From positions 160,001 to 224,000 of the forward strand of contig CAVXTP010000010.1 in the NCBI GenBank assembly GCA_963764715.1: a stretch of DNA of 64,000 nt, written 5' to 3'. The translations under genes were made by a program, and so were the position numbers. This DNA comes from an uncultured Acidobacteriota bacterium (GTDB taxonomy: Bacteria > Acidobacteriota > Thermoanaerobaculia > UBA5066 > Gp7-AA6). The notes under the pieces were generated by a model that was not told where the DNA came from, did not search any database, and saw nothing but the letters and a program-made list of their open reading frames with translations. Positions 49,806-59,632 of the stretch are shown in pieces. Each line of letters starts with the position of its first letter. Position 1 is the stretch's first letter.

Positions 49806-50341
49806 ACGAGCCGGCGGCGGAGGACCGGGACCTCGTCGCGCGCTTTCTCGAGGGCCGCGACGAGGCCGCGTTCCGGAAGCTCTACCGGCGCCACGCCGCG
49901 TTCCTGTACCGGTTCCTGCTGCGGCTGTCGGGCGGCGACGCGGCGGCCGCGGACGAGGGCGTGCAGGAGACCTGGGTCCGGGCGGCGCGCGGACTGCAGG
50001 AGTTCCAGTGGCGTTCGTCGCTGAAGACCTGGCTCGCCGGCATCGCGATCCGCTGGTGGCGCGAGTTCGAGCGGGCGGCGGGCCGCGAGGCGGAGCTGCC
50101 GGATGAGGCCGAGCTTCCGCCCGCGCCGCCGATCCGGCGCGAGATCGAGCGGCTCGATCTCGAGCGGGCACTCGCCTCCCTCGCGCCGGGCTACCGGCGG
50201 GCGATCCTGCTTCACGACGTCGAGGGCTACACGCACGAGGAGGTCGCCGCGCTGACGGGCGTCGACGTCGGGACCTCGAAGAGCCAGCTTTCACGGGCGC
50301 GCAGCGCTTTGCGCGCGCGCCTTTCCGGGAGGAACCCATGA
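49802..50341 (+). CDS. ECF RNA polymerase sigma factor
   Basis: AFRKLY, VQETWVRA, SLKTWL, LHDVEGYTHEEVA..GTSKSQLSRAR. Confidence 0.92.
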   Translation: MNEPAAEDRDLVARFLEGRDEAAFRKLYRRHAAFLYRFLLRLSGGDAAAADEGVQETWVRAARGLQEFQWRSSLKTWLAGIAIRWWREFERAAGREAELPDEAELPPAPPIRREIERLDLERALASLAPGYRRAILLHDVEGYTHEEVAALTGVDVGTSKSQLSRARSALRARLSGRNP

Positions 50342-50922
50342 ACGATCCGGACGACCGGACACCCGAGGAGACGAGCCCGGAGGAGAAGAGGATGCTGAGC
50401 GCGCTCGCGGCCGGCCCCGAGCCGCCGCCCGGCCTCGAGGACGCGGTGGTCGCGCGGCTCGCGGCGGGCGGTCTCCTGGCCCGGCGCCGCGGGACGGTGC
50501 GCCTGCGGGTCTTCGCCGCCGCGGCGGGGCTCGCCCTCTTCGCCCTCGGCGTCGTCGTGGGGGCGCGGCGGGCCCCCGCGCCGGTAACCGGGGCGGCCCC
50601 GGCGATGCCGCGCTACGTGCTGCTTCTCTACGACGCCCCGGACGAACGGGGACTGTCGGCAGGGGAGATGGCGGCGCGCGTCGCCGAGTACCGCGACTGG
50701 GCGATCGGCCTGCGGCGCGCCGGCAGCGACATCACGGGCGAGAAGCTCGCGCCGGGAGGCCTCGACCTCGGGGCCTCGAACGCCCCCGCGGGGCCGCTTC
50801 CGCTCGGCGGCTACTTCGTCTTCTCGGCGAAGGATCCGGCGGCCGCGGCGGAGGTGGCCAAGTCGTGCCCGCACCTTCGGCACGGAGGCCGCGCGGCGCT
50901 GCGTCCGATCGAGGAGACCTGA
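50338..50922 (+). CDS. Putative anti-sigma factor: TM helix plus YCII-like domain
   Basis: Coupled to ECF gene; one TM; YVLLLY..LGGYF..CPHLRHGG. Confidence 0.65.
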   Translation: MNDPDDRTPEETSPEEKRMLSALAAGPEPPPGLEDAVVARLAAGGLLARRRGTVRLRVFAAAAGLALFALGVVVGARRAPAPVTGAAPAMPRYVLLLYDAPDERGLSAGEMAARVAEYRDWAIGLRRAGSDITGEKLAPGGLDLGASNAPAGPLPLGGYFVFSAKDPAAAAEVAKSCPHLRHGGRAALRPIEET

Positions 50923-51534
50923 TCAGCTCTTCTTGCGGGTGTACTGGATCTCGACGAGCTTGCTCATCCGGCCGTTCGGCGCCTTGCCGGTGAGCTCGAA
51001 GCTGTAGTGGTCGTTGTCGGTGATCACGAGCTTCGACTCGACCGGGAACGGCTTGGCGTAGACCGGGTCCCACATCGTCGAGCGGCCCAGGATCGTCTTG
51101 CCGGACGCATCCGGGCTGCCGACGAGGTAGATCATGCCGGTCCCCGAGGTGTCGAGCCACACCGACACGTATTTCTTCTGGACGTTGTCGTAGCCCGTGT
51201 ACCCGATGCCGGTGAACGGCTCGCCCATCATCGAGCCGTCGAACTGCTGCTCGACGTAGCGGCCGCCGAGGGCCCAGCTGTTGACCGCGGTGCCGACGGA
51301 GTCCTCCGGCGGCTTGGAGGGGTCGATCCACGACCTCACCTTCGCGTCGAACGTGCCCACGAGCGCGTCGAGCTTCTTGTGCGGCTCGCCCGGGGTCGAG
51401 GCCTTCTGCCAGGCCTCGAGCCGGGCCTTGTCGGCCGAGGATGCGGGCCTGGGAGCGGATTCCTGGGCGCCGACGGCCGCCGCGAAGGCGAGCGCCGCCG
51501 AAGCCACCGTGAGCCTGCCGATCGGACGCATCAT
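50923..51534 (-). CDS. DUF1579-family secreted protein
   Basis: TPGEPHKKL..LVG, GGRYV, GYDN..KYVSVWLDT. Confidence 0.8.
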   Translation of the reverse strand: MMRPIGRLTVASAALAFAAAVGAQESAPRPASSADKARLEAWQKASTPGEPHKKLDALVGTFDAKVRSWIDPSKPPEDSVGTAVNSWALGGRYVEQQFDGSMMGEPFTGIGYTGYDNVQKKYVSVWLDTSGTGMIYLVGSPDASGKTILGRSTMWDPVYAKPFPVESKLVITDNDHYSFELTGKAPNGRMSKLVEIQYTRKKS

Positions 51535-51603
51535 CCTCGGTCCTCCTGAGGGGCCAGATTCTACGACGGTGAGGTATCGTTTCGGACGGTGAAGGGATCA
51601 TTC

Positions 51604-52980
51604 ATGCAAACCCCCCGGACACTGCTCGCGCTCGCGCTCGTCGTTTCGGCCGCCTCGACCGCTCTCGCCGCGCCGCCGCCGTCGTCCGCCCCCGCGGCGC
51701 GGCCGGCGCTTCCGTTCATCGAGGACGACTACCCCAGGGCCCTCGCCGAGGCCCGGGCGAAGAAGCTCCCGATCTTCGCGGAGGCGTGGGCGCCGTGGTG
51801 CCACACCTGCCGCTCGATGCGCGCCTTCGTGTACACGGACCCGGCCCTGGCGAAGTATGCCGGCCAGTACGTGTGGCTCTCGATCGACACGGAGAAGGCG
51901 CAGAACGCGGCCTTCTCCGAGAAGTACCCGATCCGCGCCTGGCCCTCGATGTACGTCATCGATCCGATGAAGGAGACGATCGCCGTGCGCTGGGTCGGGG
52001 GCGCGACGGTCGGCCAGCTCGAGAAGCTCTTCGCCGACGGCGAGCGGGCCGTGCGGGGAGGCGCGAAGGGCGCGGCGCAGACGCTCGCGGCGGCCGACGC
52101 GCTCTACGGCCGGGGACAGTACGCGGAAGCCGTGCCGGCGTACCGCGAGGCCCTGAAGCTGTACGCGGTGAGCTCGGCCGAGTACGCCCGGTCGCTCGAC
52201 GCTCTGCTCTTCAGCCTGTCGGTCACGAAACAGTACGCCGAGTGCTCCGCCGCGGCGGGCGCGGCGCTGCCGAGGCTGAAGACCGGCCCCTCCGCCGCCT
52301 CGGTCGCGGGCTCGGGCCTCGACTGCGCGCTGAGGATGCCGGCGGAGTCGACCGGGCGCGCCGAGGCGATCAAGACCTTCGAAGCGGAGGCCCGCGCGAT
52401 CGTCGACAACAAGCGGATTCCGCTCCAGGCCGACGACCGGTCCGCGCTCTACTCCTCGATCTTCGACGCGCGGCAGGACGCGAAGGACGAGGCCGGCGCG
52501 AAGGCGGTGGCGCGCGCGTGGGTCGCGTACCTCGACGGCGAAGCCGCCGCGGTCAAGACGCCCGAGCAGCGGACGGCCCTCGATCCCAACCGGCTCGGGG
52601 CGTTCGACGCCGCGGGGGAGATCGCGAAGGCCATCCCGATGCTCGAGCAGTCCGAGAAGGACTTTCCCGACGACTACAACCCGCCGGCGCGCCTGGCGCT
52701 CGTCTACAAGGACCTCAAACGCTACCCGGAGGCGCTCGCCGCTTCCGACCGGGCGCTCGCGCGCGTCTACGGCCCGCGCCGGATCCGCGTCCTGGCGGTG
52801 CGCGTCGAGATCTACCAGGGCATGGGCGACGCGGCCGCGGCGCGCAAGACCCTCGGGGAGGCCGTCCGCTTCGCCGAGGGCCTTCCGGCCGGGCAGCGTT
52901 CGGACTCGCAGATCGCCGCGCTGAAGAAGCAGCTCGTCGCGGCGGGCGGTTCGCCGCAGGCCGCCTCCGCGCAGCCGTGA
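51604..52980 (+). CDS. Secreted thioredoxin-like + TPR protein
   Basis: Signal peptide; WAPWCHTC; helical TPR-like repeats. Confidence 0.78.
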   Translation: MQTPRTLLALALVVSAASTALAAPPPSSAPAARPALPFIEDDYPRALAEARAKKLPIFAEAWAPWCHTCRSMRAFVYTDPALAKYAGQYVWLSIDTEKAQNAAFSEKYPIRAWPSMYVIDPMKETIAVRWVGGATVGQLEKLFADGERAVRGGAKGAAQTLAAADALYGRGQYAEAVPAYREALKLYAVSSAEYARSLDALLFSLSVTKQYAECSAAAGAALPRLKTGPSAASVAGSGLDCALRMPAESTGRAEAIKTFEAEARAIVDNKRIPLQADDRSALYSSIFDARQDAKDEAGAKAVARAWVAYLDGEAAAVKTPEQRTALDPNRLGAFDAAGEIAKAIPMLEQSEKDFPDDYNPPARLALVYKDLKRYPEALAASDRALARVYGPRRIRVLAVRVEIYQGMGDAAAARKTLGEAVRFAEGLPAGQRSDSQIAALKKQLVAAGGSPQAASAQP

Positions 52981-54557
52981 GCTCGGCACCGGCCGCGCGG
53001 TCGGGCCCGGGTTCCCGGGCCACGTTCCAGGCGAGGAACCCGGCGACGGGGGACGCGCTCGAGGGCGAGTTCGTCGAAGCGACCGCCGGAGAGATCGACG
53101 CGGCCGCCCGGGCGGCGGAGCGCGCCTTCGACCCGTATTCCGCGCTCTCGGCGTTCCGGCGCGCGGAGTTCCTGCGGTCCGTCGCGCAGCAGACGCTGGC
53201 GCTCGGCGACCGGCTGCTCGCGCGCGCCGCGGCCGAGACGGGCCTTCCGTCCGCGCGCCTCGAGAGCGAGCGCGCCCGGACGGTCAGCCAGATCCTTCTC
53301 TTCGCCGAGCTGATCGAGGAGGGCTCCTGGGTCGGCGCGCGGATCGATCGCGCGCTTCCGGACCGCAAGCCCCAGCCGCGTCCGGATCTTCGCCGCATGC
53401 TGATCCCGTCGGGGCCGGTGGCCGTGTTCGGCGCGTCCAACTTTCCACTCGCCTTCTCGGTCGCCGGGGGCGACACGATCTCGGCCCTCGCGGCCGGGTG
53501 CCCGGTCGTCGTCAAAGCCCACCCGGCGCACCCCGGGACCTCCGACCTTTCGGCCTCCGCGATCCGCCTGGCGGCCCGCGAGATCGGAATGCCCGAGGGC
53601 GTGTTCTCGATGGTTCACGGACGCTCGCCCGAAGTCGGCATCACGCTGGTGACGCACCCCTCGATCCGCGCGGCGGCGTTCACGGGCTCGCACGTCGCGG
53701 GCCGGACGCTCTACGACGCCGCGGCGCTGCGGCCGGACCCGATCCCGGTCTTCGCCGAGATGGGGTCGTCCAACCCGGTGTTTCTGCTGCCGGGCGCGCT
53801 CCAGGAGCGCGGCGAGGCGATCGCCAGGGGATTCGCGGCCTCGGTCACGCTCGGGTCCGGTCAGTTCTGCACGAATCCCGGTCTGGCGGTGCTCGTCGAC
53901 GCGCCCGCCTCGAACGCGTTCCTCAAAGCCGCGGGCGACCTGCTCGCGGGCGCCGCGGCCGGCACGATGGTCCACGCGGGGATCAAGTCCTCGTACGACC
54001 AGAGCGTCGCCGAGGCCGCCCGGACCCAGGGCGTGGCGATCGCGGCGCGCTCGCAGGCCGCGGGCGCCCACCCGGAGACGGAGGCCCGCGCCGCCCTGCT
54101 CCTGACGGACGCCCGGACGTTCCTCGCGAACCCTCGGCTGTCGTCCGAGATCTACGGGCCGGCCACGATCGCGGTGCGCTGCGCCTCGCGGCCCGAGATG
54201 CTGCAGCTCGCGCGCGCCCTGCACGGCCACCTCACGGCGACCGTGCACGGCACGGACCGGGACCTCGAGGAGTTCCCGGAGCTCGTCGCCGTGCTTCGCC
54301 GGAAGGCCGGACGCCTCGTCTTCAACGGATTTCCGACGGGCGTCGAGGTCTCTCACGCGATGCACCACGGCGGCCCCTATCCGGCCTCGACGGACCCCCG
54401 CGAGACTTCCGTCGGCTCGGCGGCGATCCTCCGTTTCGCGCGGCCCGTCTGCTACCAGGACTTCCCGCCGTCGGCGCTCCCCGAGGAGCTCCGCAACGAG
54501 AACCCGCGCGGCATCTGGCGGATGATCGACGGCGACCTGACGAAAGACCCGGTGTGA
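52977..54557 (+). CDS. NADP-dependent aldehyde dehydrogenase (2-ketoglutarate semialdehyde dehydrogenase type)
   Basis: FGASNFPLAFSVAGGDT, FTGS, EMGSSNP, GQFCTNPG, HGGPYPA. Confidence 0.88.
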   Translation: MSSAPAARSGPGSRATFQARNPATGDALEGEFVEATAGEIDAAARAAERAFDPYSALSAFRRAEFLRSVAQQTLALGDRLLARAAAETGLPSARLESERARTVSQILLFAELIEEGSWVGARIDRALPDRKPQPRPDLRRMLIPSGPVAVFGASNFPLAFSVAGGDTISALAAGCPVVVKAHPAHPGTSDLSASAIRLAAREIGMPEGVFSMVHGRSPEVGITLVTHPSIRAAAFTGSHVAGRTLYDAAALRPDPIPVFAEMGSSNPVFLLPGALQERGEAIARGFAASVTLGSGQFCTNPGLAVLVDAPASNAFLKAAGDLLAGAAAGTMVHAGIKSSYDQSVAEAARTQGVAIAARSQAAGAHPETEARAALLLTDARTFLANPRLSSEIYGPATIAVRCASRPEMLQLARALHGHLTATVHGTDRDLEEFPELVAVLRRKAGRLVFNGFPTGVEVSHAMHHGGPYPASTDPRETSVGSAAILRFARPVCYQDFPPSALPEELRNENPRGIWRMIDGDLTKDPV

Positions 54558-55522
54558 CGCGGTTCCCGGAGTCGATGGAGGTCGTCGACTCGCACACCGA
54601 AGGGGAGCCGACTCGCGTCGTCGTCGCGGGATGGCCGGCGCTCGAGTCGGCGACGATGGAGGGGCGCCGCGAGGAGCTCGCGACGCGCTTCGAGCCGCTC
54701 TGGCGCGGCGTCGTCCTCGAGCCGCGGGGCCACGACGCGATCGTCGGCGCGCTGCTGACGCCGCCGGTCTCCCACGGCGCGGTCGCGGGGGTCGTCTTCT
54801 TCGACAACGTCGGCCCGCTCTGGATGTGCGGCCACGGCACGATCGGCGTCGTCCGGACCCTCGAGCACCTCGGGCGCATCGCGCCGGGCCGGGTGCGTCT
54901 GGACACGCCGGTCGGCCCGGTCGCGGCGGAGCTCTCGGTCGACGGCCTCGTCACGATCGAGAACGTCCCGGCCCGCTGCCTCGCGCAGGACGTGGCCGTG
55001 GAGGTCCCCGGCCTCGGGCGAGTCGTCGGCGACGTGGCCTACGGTGGCAACTGGTTCTTCCTCGTCGACGACGGGCTCGAGCGGGTCGGGGGCGACGACC
55101 TCGACCGCCTGCGGACGTCGACGCTTGCGATTCAGCGGGCCCTCGCGGCCCGGGGGATCACGGGGGAGGGCGGGGCCGTCGTCGACCATGTCATTCTCTA
55201 TGGGCCACCCGCCCGGTCCGACGCGGACAGCCGCAACTACGTGATGTGTCCGGGCGGCGCCTACGACCGGTCGCCCTGCGGCACCGGAACCTCGGCGCGG
55301 ATGGCCTCGCTCCACGCCCGCGGGAAGCTTCCGGCCGGGCAGCGCTACCGGCAGGAATCGATCACGGGGAGCCTCTTCACCGGCTGGCTCGAGGAGAGCG
55401 GCGGAAAGCTCCTGCCCCGCATCCAGGGGCGGGCCTTCGTGACCGGGAAGACGACGCTGTACTTCGATCCGCGCGACCCCTTCCGCAACGGTCTCGCCCC
55501 GGGAGGAGATGCCCGCCCCTGA
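54554..55522 (+). CDS. Proline racemase family protein, likely 4-hydroxyproline 2-epimerase
   Basis: DSHTEGEPTR, EPRG, MCGHG, DRSPCGTGT (Cys/Cys catalytic pair). Confidence 0.88.
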   Translation: MTRFPESMEVVDSHTEGEPTRVVVAGWPALESATMEGRREELATRFEPLWRGVVLEPRGHDAIVGALLTPPVSHGAVAGVVFFDNVGPLWMCGHGTIGVVRTLEHLGRIAPGRVRLDTPVGPVAAELSVDGLVTIENVPARCLAQDVAVEVPGLGRVVGDVAYGGNWFFLVDDGLERVGGDDLDRLRTSTLAIQRALAARGITGEGGAVVDHVILYGPPARSDADSRNYVMCPGGAYDRSPCGTGTSARMASLHARGKLPAGQRYRQESITGSLFTGWLEESGGKLLPRIQGRAFVTGKTTLYFDPRDPFRNGLAPGGDARP

Positions 55523-56633
55523 CGCCGTCGTCGTGGGCGCGGGCATCGTCGGAGCGGCGTGCGCCGACGCGCTCGCCGCGGCCGGCCTCTCGGTCGAGGT
55601 CCTCGAGGCGCGTTTCGCCGGCGGCGGCGCGACGGCCGCGGCCATGGGGCACATCGTCGTCATGGACGACTCGCCCGCGCAGTTCGCCCTGACCGAGCGC
55701 TCCCGCCTTCTCTGGACCGAGCTCGCGCCGGAGCTGCCCGCCGACTGCGAGGACGAGCCGTGCGGAACCCTGTGGGTCGCGGCGGACGAGGAGGAGCGCG
55801 AGCACGTCCGCCGGAAGGCCGCGCTCTACCGGGAGCGGGGCGTCGAGGTGGAGGAGCTGTCGGGCGAGGAGCTCGCGCGCCTCGAGCCGAACCTCCGGCC
55901 AGGCCTCGCGGGCGCGCTCCGCGTCCCCGGCGATCGCGTGCTCTACCCGGTCAACGCGGCGCGGTGGCTCCTCGGGCGGGCGCAACGGCAGGGCGCCGTG
56001 CGGCGGGAAGGCATCGAAGCCGTCGCGGTGTTCGGGCGGCGCGTCGAGACGCATCAGGGGACCATCGACGCCGGCGTGGTCGTCAACGCCGCCGGGACCG
56101 CCGCGCCGCTCCTGACGCCGGGCCTTCCGGTCGCGCCGCGCAAAGGCCACCTCGTCATCACCGACCGGTACCCGGGGTTCTGCCGGCACCAGCTCGTGGA
56201 GCTCGGGTATCTCAAGAGCGCCCACACCCCGGCGCCCGAGTCGGTGGCCTTCAATCTCCAGCCGCGAGCGACCGGCCAGATGCTGCTGGGCTCCTCGCGC
56301 GAGTTCGTCGGGCTCGACGCCTCGATCAACCGGCGGATCCGCGCCCGGATGATCCGTCGCGCGCTGGAGTTCGTCCCGGCGCTCTCCGCGCTGTCGTCGA
56401 TCCGGACGTGGGTGGGCTTCCGGCCGGCGACACCGGACAATCTTCCGCTCATCGGCCGCCACCCCGGGACCCCCGGCCTCGTCATTGCCGCGGGCCACGA
56501 GGGGCTCGGCATCACGACGGCGCTGGCGACGGCGGAGCTCGTCGCCGACGCCATCCTCGGGCGGCCGAGCGCGATCGATCCGGCGCCCTACTCGCCGGGC
56601 CGGTCCTTCCCGGAGGCTTCCGCGCATGACTGA
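55509..56633 (+). CDS. FAD-dependent oxidoreductase (D-hydroxyproline dehydrogenase beta-subunit-like)
   Basis: VGAGIVG, ATAAAMGH, RKGHLVITDRY, GFRPATPD, GHEGLGIT. Confidence 0.85.
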   Translation: MPAPDAVVVGAGIVGAACADALAAAGLSVEVLEARFAGGGATAAAMGHIVVMDDSPAQFALTERSRLLWTELAPELPADCEDEPCGTLWVAADEEEREHVRRKAALYRERGVEVEELSGEELARLEPNLRPGLAGALRVPGDRVLYPVNAARWLLGRAQRQGAVRREGIEAVAVFGRRVETHQGTIDAGVVVNAAGTAAPLLTPGLPVAPRKGHLVITDRYPGFCRHQLVELGYLKSAHTPAPESVAFNLQPRATGQMLLGSSREFVGLDASINRRIRARMIRRALEFVPALSALSSIRTWVGFRPATPDNLPLIGRHPGTPGLVIAAGHEGLGITTALATAELVADAILGRPSAIDPAPYSPGRSFPEASAHD

Positions 56634-58128
56634 CGCGCCGTCCAACGGGCTCACCGTCGCGTCCCTTCGGGAGAACGAGGGACGCCCCGTGCTTCGCCGC
56701 TCGGTCACGGGCGAGCCGCGGGGCGTGCTCTGCGCGATGGGGATCTGCTTCGAGTGCCGCGTGACGCTCGGCGGCGCCGCGCACCGGCGGGCCTGCATGG
56801 AGATGGACGGCGGGCCGGAGCGCGCCGCGGCTCCCGTCTTGCGCACGGAGGAAGTCGCGTGCGACGTCGCCGTCGTCGGCGCGGGGCCCGCGGGGATCGC
56901 GGCGGCCTGTCGCGCGGCCGAGGCCGGCGCGCGGACGCTGCTGCTCGACGAGAACCCGGCGCCCGGAGGCCAGATCCACCGTCACCTCCCGGGAGCGGCC
57001 GCGCCCGAGGCGGCGCGACCGTGGCTCGCGCGGCTCGCGGCCTCGGGGGCCGACCGGCGAAGCGGCGCCACGGCCTTCGACGCGACCGGCTCCGAATCCG
57101 CATTCCGCGTGCTCGCCGAAGTCGGGAACGGCTCGGTCCTCGCGGTGCGCGCGCGTGCGCTGGTCCTCGCGACCGGCGCGCGGGAGCTCTTCCTCCCGTT
57201 TCCGGGCTGGACGCTGCCGGGCGTCATGGGCGCCGGGGGAGCGCAGGCGATGAAGAAGATGGGCGCCGACTTTCGCGGGCGCCGGGCCGTCGTGGCCGGT
57301 TCCGGGCCGCTGCTCTTCCCGGTCGCGGCCTCGCTCGCGGCGGCGGGCGCCGAGGTCGCGCTCGTCGCCGAGCAGGCCGGGGCCGCGGCGCTCCTCCGGT
57401 TCGGCGCGGCGCTCGCGGCCCACCCGCGGAAGATCGCGGAGGCCGGCCGCCATCGCGCGGGCTTCTTTCCCGCCCCGTACCGCTCCGGAACCTGGGTCGC
57501 CGGGGCGGAGGGAAACGAGCGCCTCGAGCGGGTCGTCGTGACCGACGGCCGGGACCGGTTCCGGATCGACTGCGACCTCGCGGCCGTCGGCTACGGCCTC
57601 GTGCCCAACGTCGAGCTCGCGCGGCTCCTCGGCTGCGCGGTCCGCCGCGGCGCGGTCATCGTCGACGCGGCGCAGGCCACGAGCCTCGAGGGCGTTTTCG
57701 CGGCGGGCGAGCCGTGCGGCGTGGCCGGCCTCGAGGTCGCTCTGGCCGAGGGGCAGATCGCGGGCCTCGCGGCGGCGAGCGCGTCCGGATCCGCCGCCGA
57801 ACGGCGCCGGCTCTCCGCCGACCGCGCCCGCGGCCGCCGTCTCGCCTCCGTCATGGAACGCGTCTTCCGCCCCCGCGCGGAGCTCGCCTCCGCCGTCCGC
57901 GCGGACACGATCGTCTGCCGCTGCGAGGACGTGCGGCTGGCTTCGCTCGCCGCCTGCGGGAGCGCGCGGGAGGCCAAGCTCGCGACGCGCGCCGGGATGG
58001 GCCCCTGCCAGGGCCGCGTCTGTGCGCCGGCGATCGAGTTCCTCTTCGGCTGGGATTCGGATACGGTACGCCCGCCCGTCAAGCCGGCCGCGCTCGGGAG
58101 TCTCGCGGCGATGGAGGAGCCCGGATGA
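56626..58128 (+). CDS. Fused [2Fe-2S] domain + FAD/NAD(P) oxidoreductase (D-Hyp dehydrogenase gamma+alpha-like)
   Basis: CAMGICFECRV..RACM, VGAGPAG, ATGARE..PFPGWTLPGV, VCRCED..GMGPCQGRVC. Confidence 0.82.
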   Translation: MTDAPSNGLTVASLRENEGRPVLRRSVTGEPRGVLCAMGICFECRVTLGGAAHRRACMEMDGGPERAAAPVLRTEEVACDVAVVGAGPAGIAAACRAAEAGARTLLLDENPAPGGQIHRHLPGAAAPEAARPWLARLAASGADRRSGATAFDATGSESAFRVLAEVGNGSVLAVRARALVLATGARELFLPFPGWTLPGVMGAGGAQAMKKMGADFRGRRAVVAGSGPLLFPVAASLAAAGAEVALVAEQAGAAALLRFGAALAAHPRKIAEAGRHRAGFFPAPYRSGTWVAGAEGNERLERVVVTDGRDRFRIDCDLAAVGYGLVPNVELARLLGCAVRRGAVIVDAAQATSLEGVFAAGEPCGVAGLEVALAEGQIAGLAAASASGSAAERRRLSADRARGRRLASVMERVFRPRAELASAVRADTIVCRCEDVRLASLAACGSAREAKLATRAGMGPCQGRVCAPAIEFLFGWDSDTVRPPVKPAALGSLAAMEEPG

Positions 58129-59018
58129 AATGGCAGGGAGTTTTTCCGGCGGTCACCACGCCCTTCCGCGAGGACCTCTCGCTCGACCTCGACGCCCTGG
58201 CGGTCCGGCTCGAAGCGATGCTCGCGGCCGGCTGCCTCGGGTTCGTGCCGCTCGGCTCGCTCGGCGAGTCGGCGACCCTCACCTTCGCCGAGAAGGGCGC
58301 CGTGCTCGAGGCTTGCCGCCGCGTCCTCGGCAAGCGGGCGCCGCTCGTCGCGGGGATCGCGGCTCTCTCGACCGCCGAGGCCGTGGCGACGGCGCGCCTG
58401 GCCGAGGAGAAGGGCTGCGACGGCCTGATGGTCCTTCCGCCGTACGTCTATCGGACCGACGCGCGGGAGACCGCGGCCCACTTTTCCACCGTCATCGGCG
58501 CGACGCGGCTTCCCTGCATGCTCTACAACAACCCCATCGCCTACGGGACGGACGTCTCGCCCGAGGAGCTCCGGGAGCTCGCCCGGTCGCACGCGAACCT
58601 CGAGGCCGTCAAGGAGTCGAGCGCCGACGTCCGCCGCGTGACCGCCATCCGGGGCCTCCTCGGCGATCGCCTCGCGATCTTCGTGGGCGTCGACGACCTC
58701 ATCCTCGAGGGGATCGCCGCCGGGGCGGTGGGCTGGGTGGCCGGCCTCGTCAACGCGCTGCCCCACGAGTCGGTGCGGCTCTTCGACCTCGGCGCCGCGG
58801 GACGGACCCGCGAGGCGCGGGAGCTCTACGACTGGTTCCTGCCGCTCCTGCGGATGGACGTCGTGCCGAAGTTCGTGCAGCTCATCAAGCTCGTGCAGCA
58901 GGAGACCGGGACGGGCTCGGAGCGCGTGCGGCCGCCGCGGCTGACGCTCGCGGGGAAGGAAAGGGACGAGGCGCTCGCCGTGATCCGGGAGCGCCTCGCC
59001 GCGAAACCGAAGGTCTAG
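58125..59018 (+). CDS. DapA-family protein, likely delta1-pyrroline-4-hydroxy-2-carboxylate deaminase
   Basis: GVFPAVTTPF, GSLGE, YNNPIAY, VKESS, GVDD; operon context. Confidence 0.85.
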   Translation: MKWQGVFPAVTTPFREDLSLDLDALAVRLEAMLAAGCLGFVPLGSLGESATLTFAEKGAVLEACRRVLGKRAPLVAGIAALSTAEAVATARLAEEKGCDGLMVLPPYVYRTDARETAAHFSTVIGATRLPCMLYNNPIAYGTDVSPEELRELARSHANLEAVKESSADVRRVTAIRGLLGDRLAIFVGVDDLILEGIAAGAVGWVAGLVNALPHESVRLFDLGAAGRTREARELYDWFLPLLRMDVVPKFVQLIKLVQQETGTGSERVRPPRLTLAGKERDEALAVIRERLAAKPKV

Positions 59019-59022
59019 GCCC

Positions 59023-59544
59023 CTACTTGCCGACCTGGAGCGCCGGCATGTTGTCGAGGATCGACAGGCGCATGATCGTCGTCAGGTAGTCGTCGATGTG
59101 GGCGAACCGGCCCGCGGCCTTCGCCCCGAGCTTGCCGTTCAGGATGCCGAAGTACTTCATCCGGAGGTCGAGGGTCGCCTTCTGGAGCTCCGCCGACTCG
59201 TTGACCATCTTCACGATGTCGGCATCGGAGAGCGTCGCGAAGTTGTCCGTGTAGTTCTTCAGGAGATTGATTCGGCTCGACATGACGGAATCGCGCTCCT
59301 TCTCGAAGTCCGCGTAGACGGCCCAGAACGTCTCCTGCTGCTGCGCGGTGAGGCCGCCCATGCCGGCGGCGAAGAGCTCGCGGCGCTTGGTCGAGAGGGC
59401 GTTCTGCAGCTTCGCCATGTCGACGTCGGACTTCGAGAGCTCCGGCATCTGGGCCTTCTGGGCCGAGCCGGCGGCCGGCTGCTGCGCGGCGGCGGTTGCG
59501 GCGATTCCGAGTGACAGGAACAGGGCGAGGGACTTCTTCATCAC
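59023..59544 (-). CDS. Hypothetical secreted helical protein
   Basis: Signal peptide; LT..Q..FWAVY..FE motif. Confidence 0.65.
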   Translation of the reverse strand: MMKKSLALFLSLGIAATAAAQQPAAGSAQKAQMPELSKSDVDMAKLQNALSTKRRELFAAGMGGLTAQQQETFWAVYADFEKERDSVMSSRINLLKNYTDNFATLSDADIVKMVNESAELQKATLDLRMKYFGILNGKLGAKAAGRFAHIDDYLTTIMRLSILDNMPALQVGK

Positions 59545-59632
59545 GCGTCTCCTTCTCAGGTGATTTGGGACCGGCGCGCGACGGGCGGCCGGCGGTTTGC
59601 GGCCGCGAAATCTATCACGGGCGCCGTCCCCG

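Noticed and set aside
54554-59018. Hydrogen cyanide synthase (hcnABC) or opine oxidase
   Set aside because: Homologous subunits, but the flanking epimerase, DapA-like deaminase and KGSA dehydrogenase point to hydroxyproline catabolism
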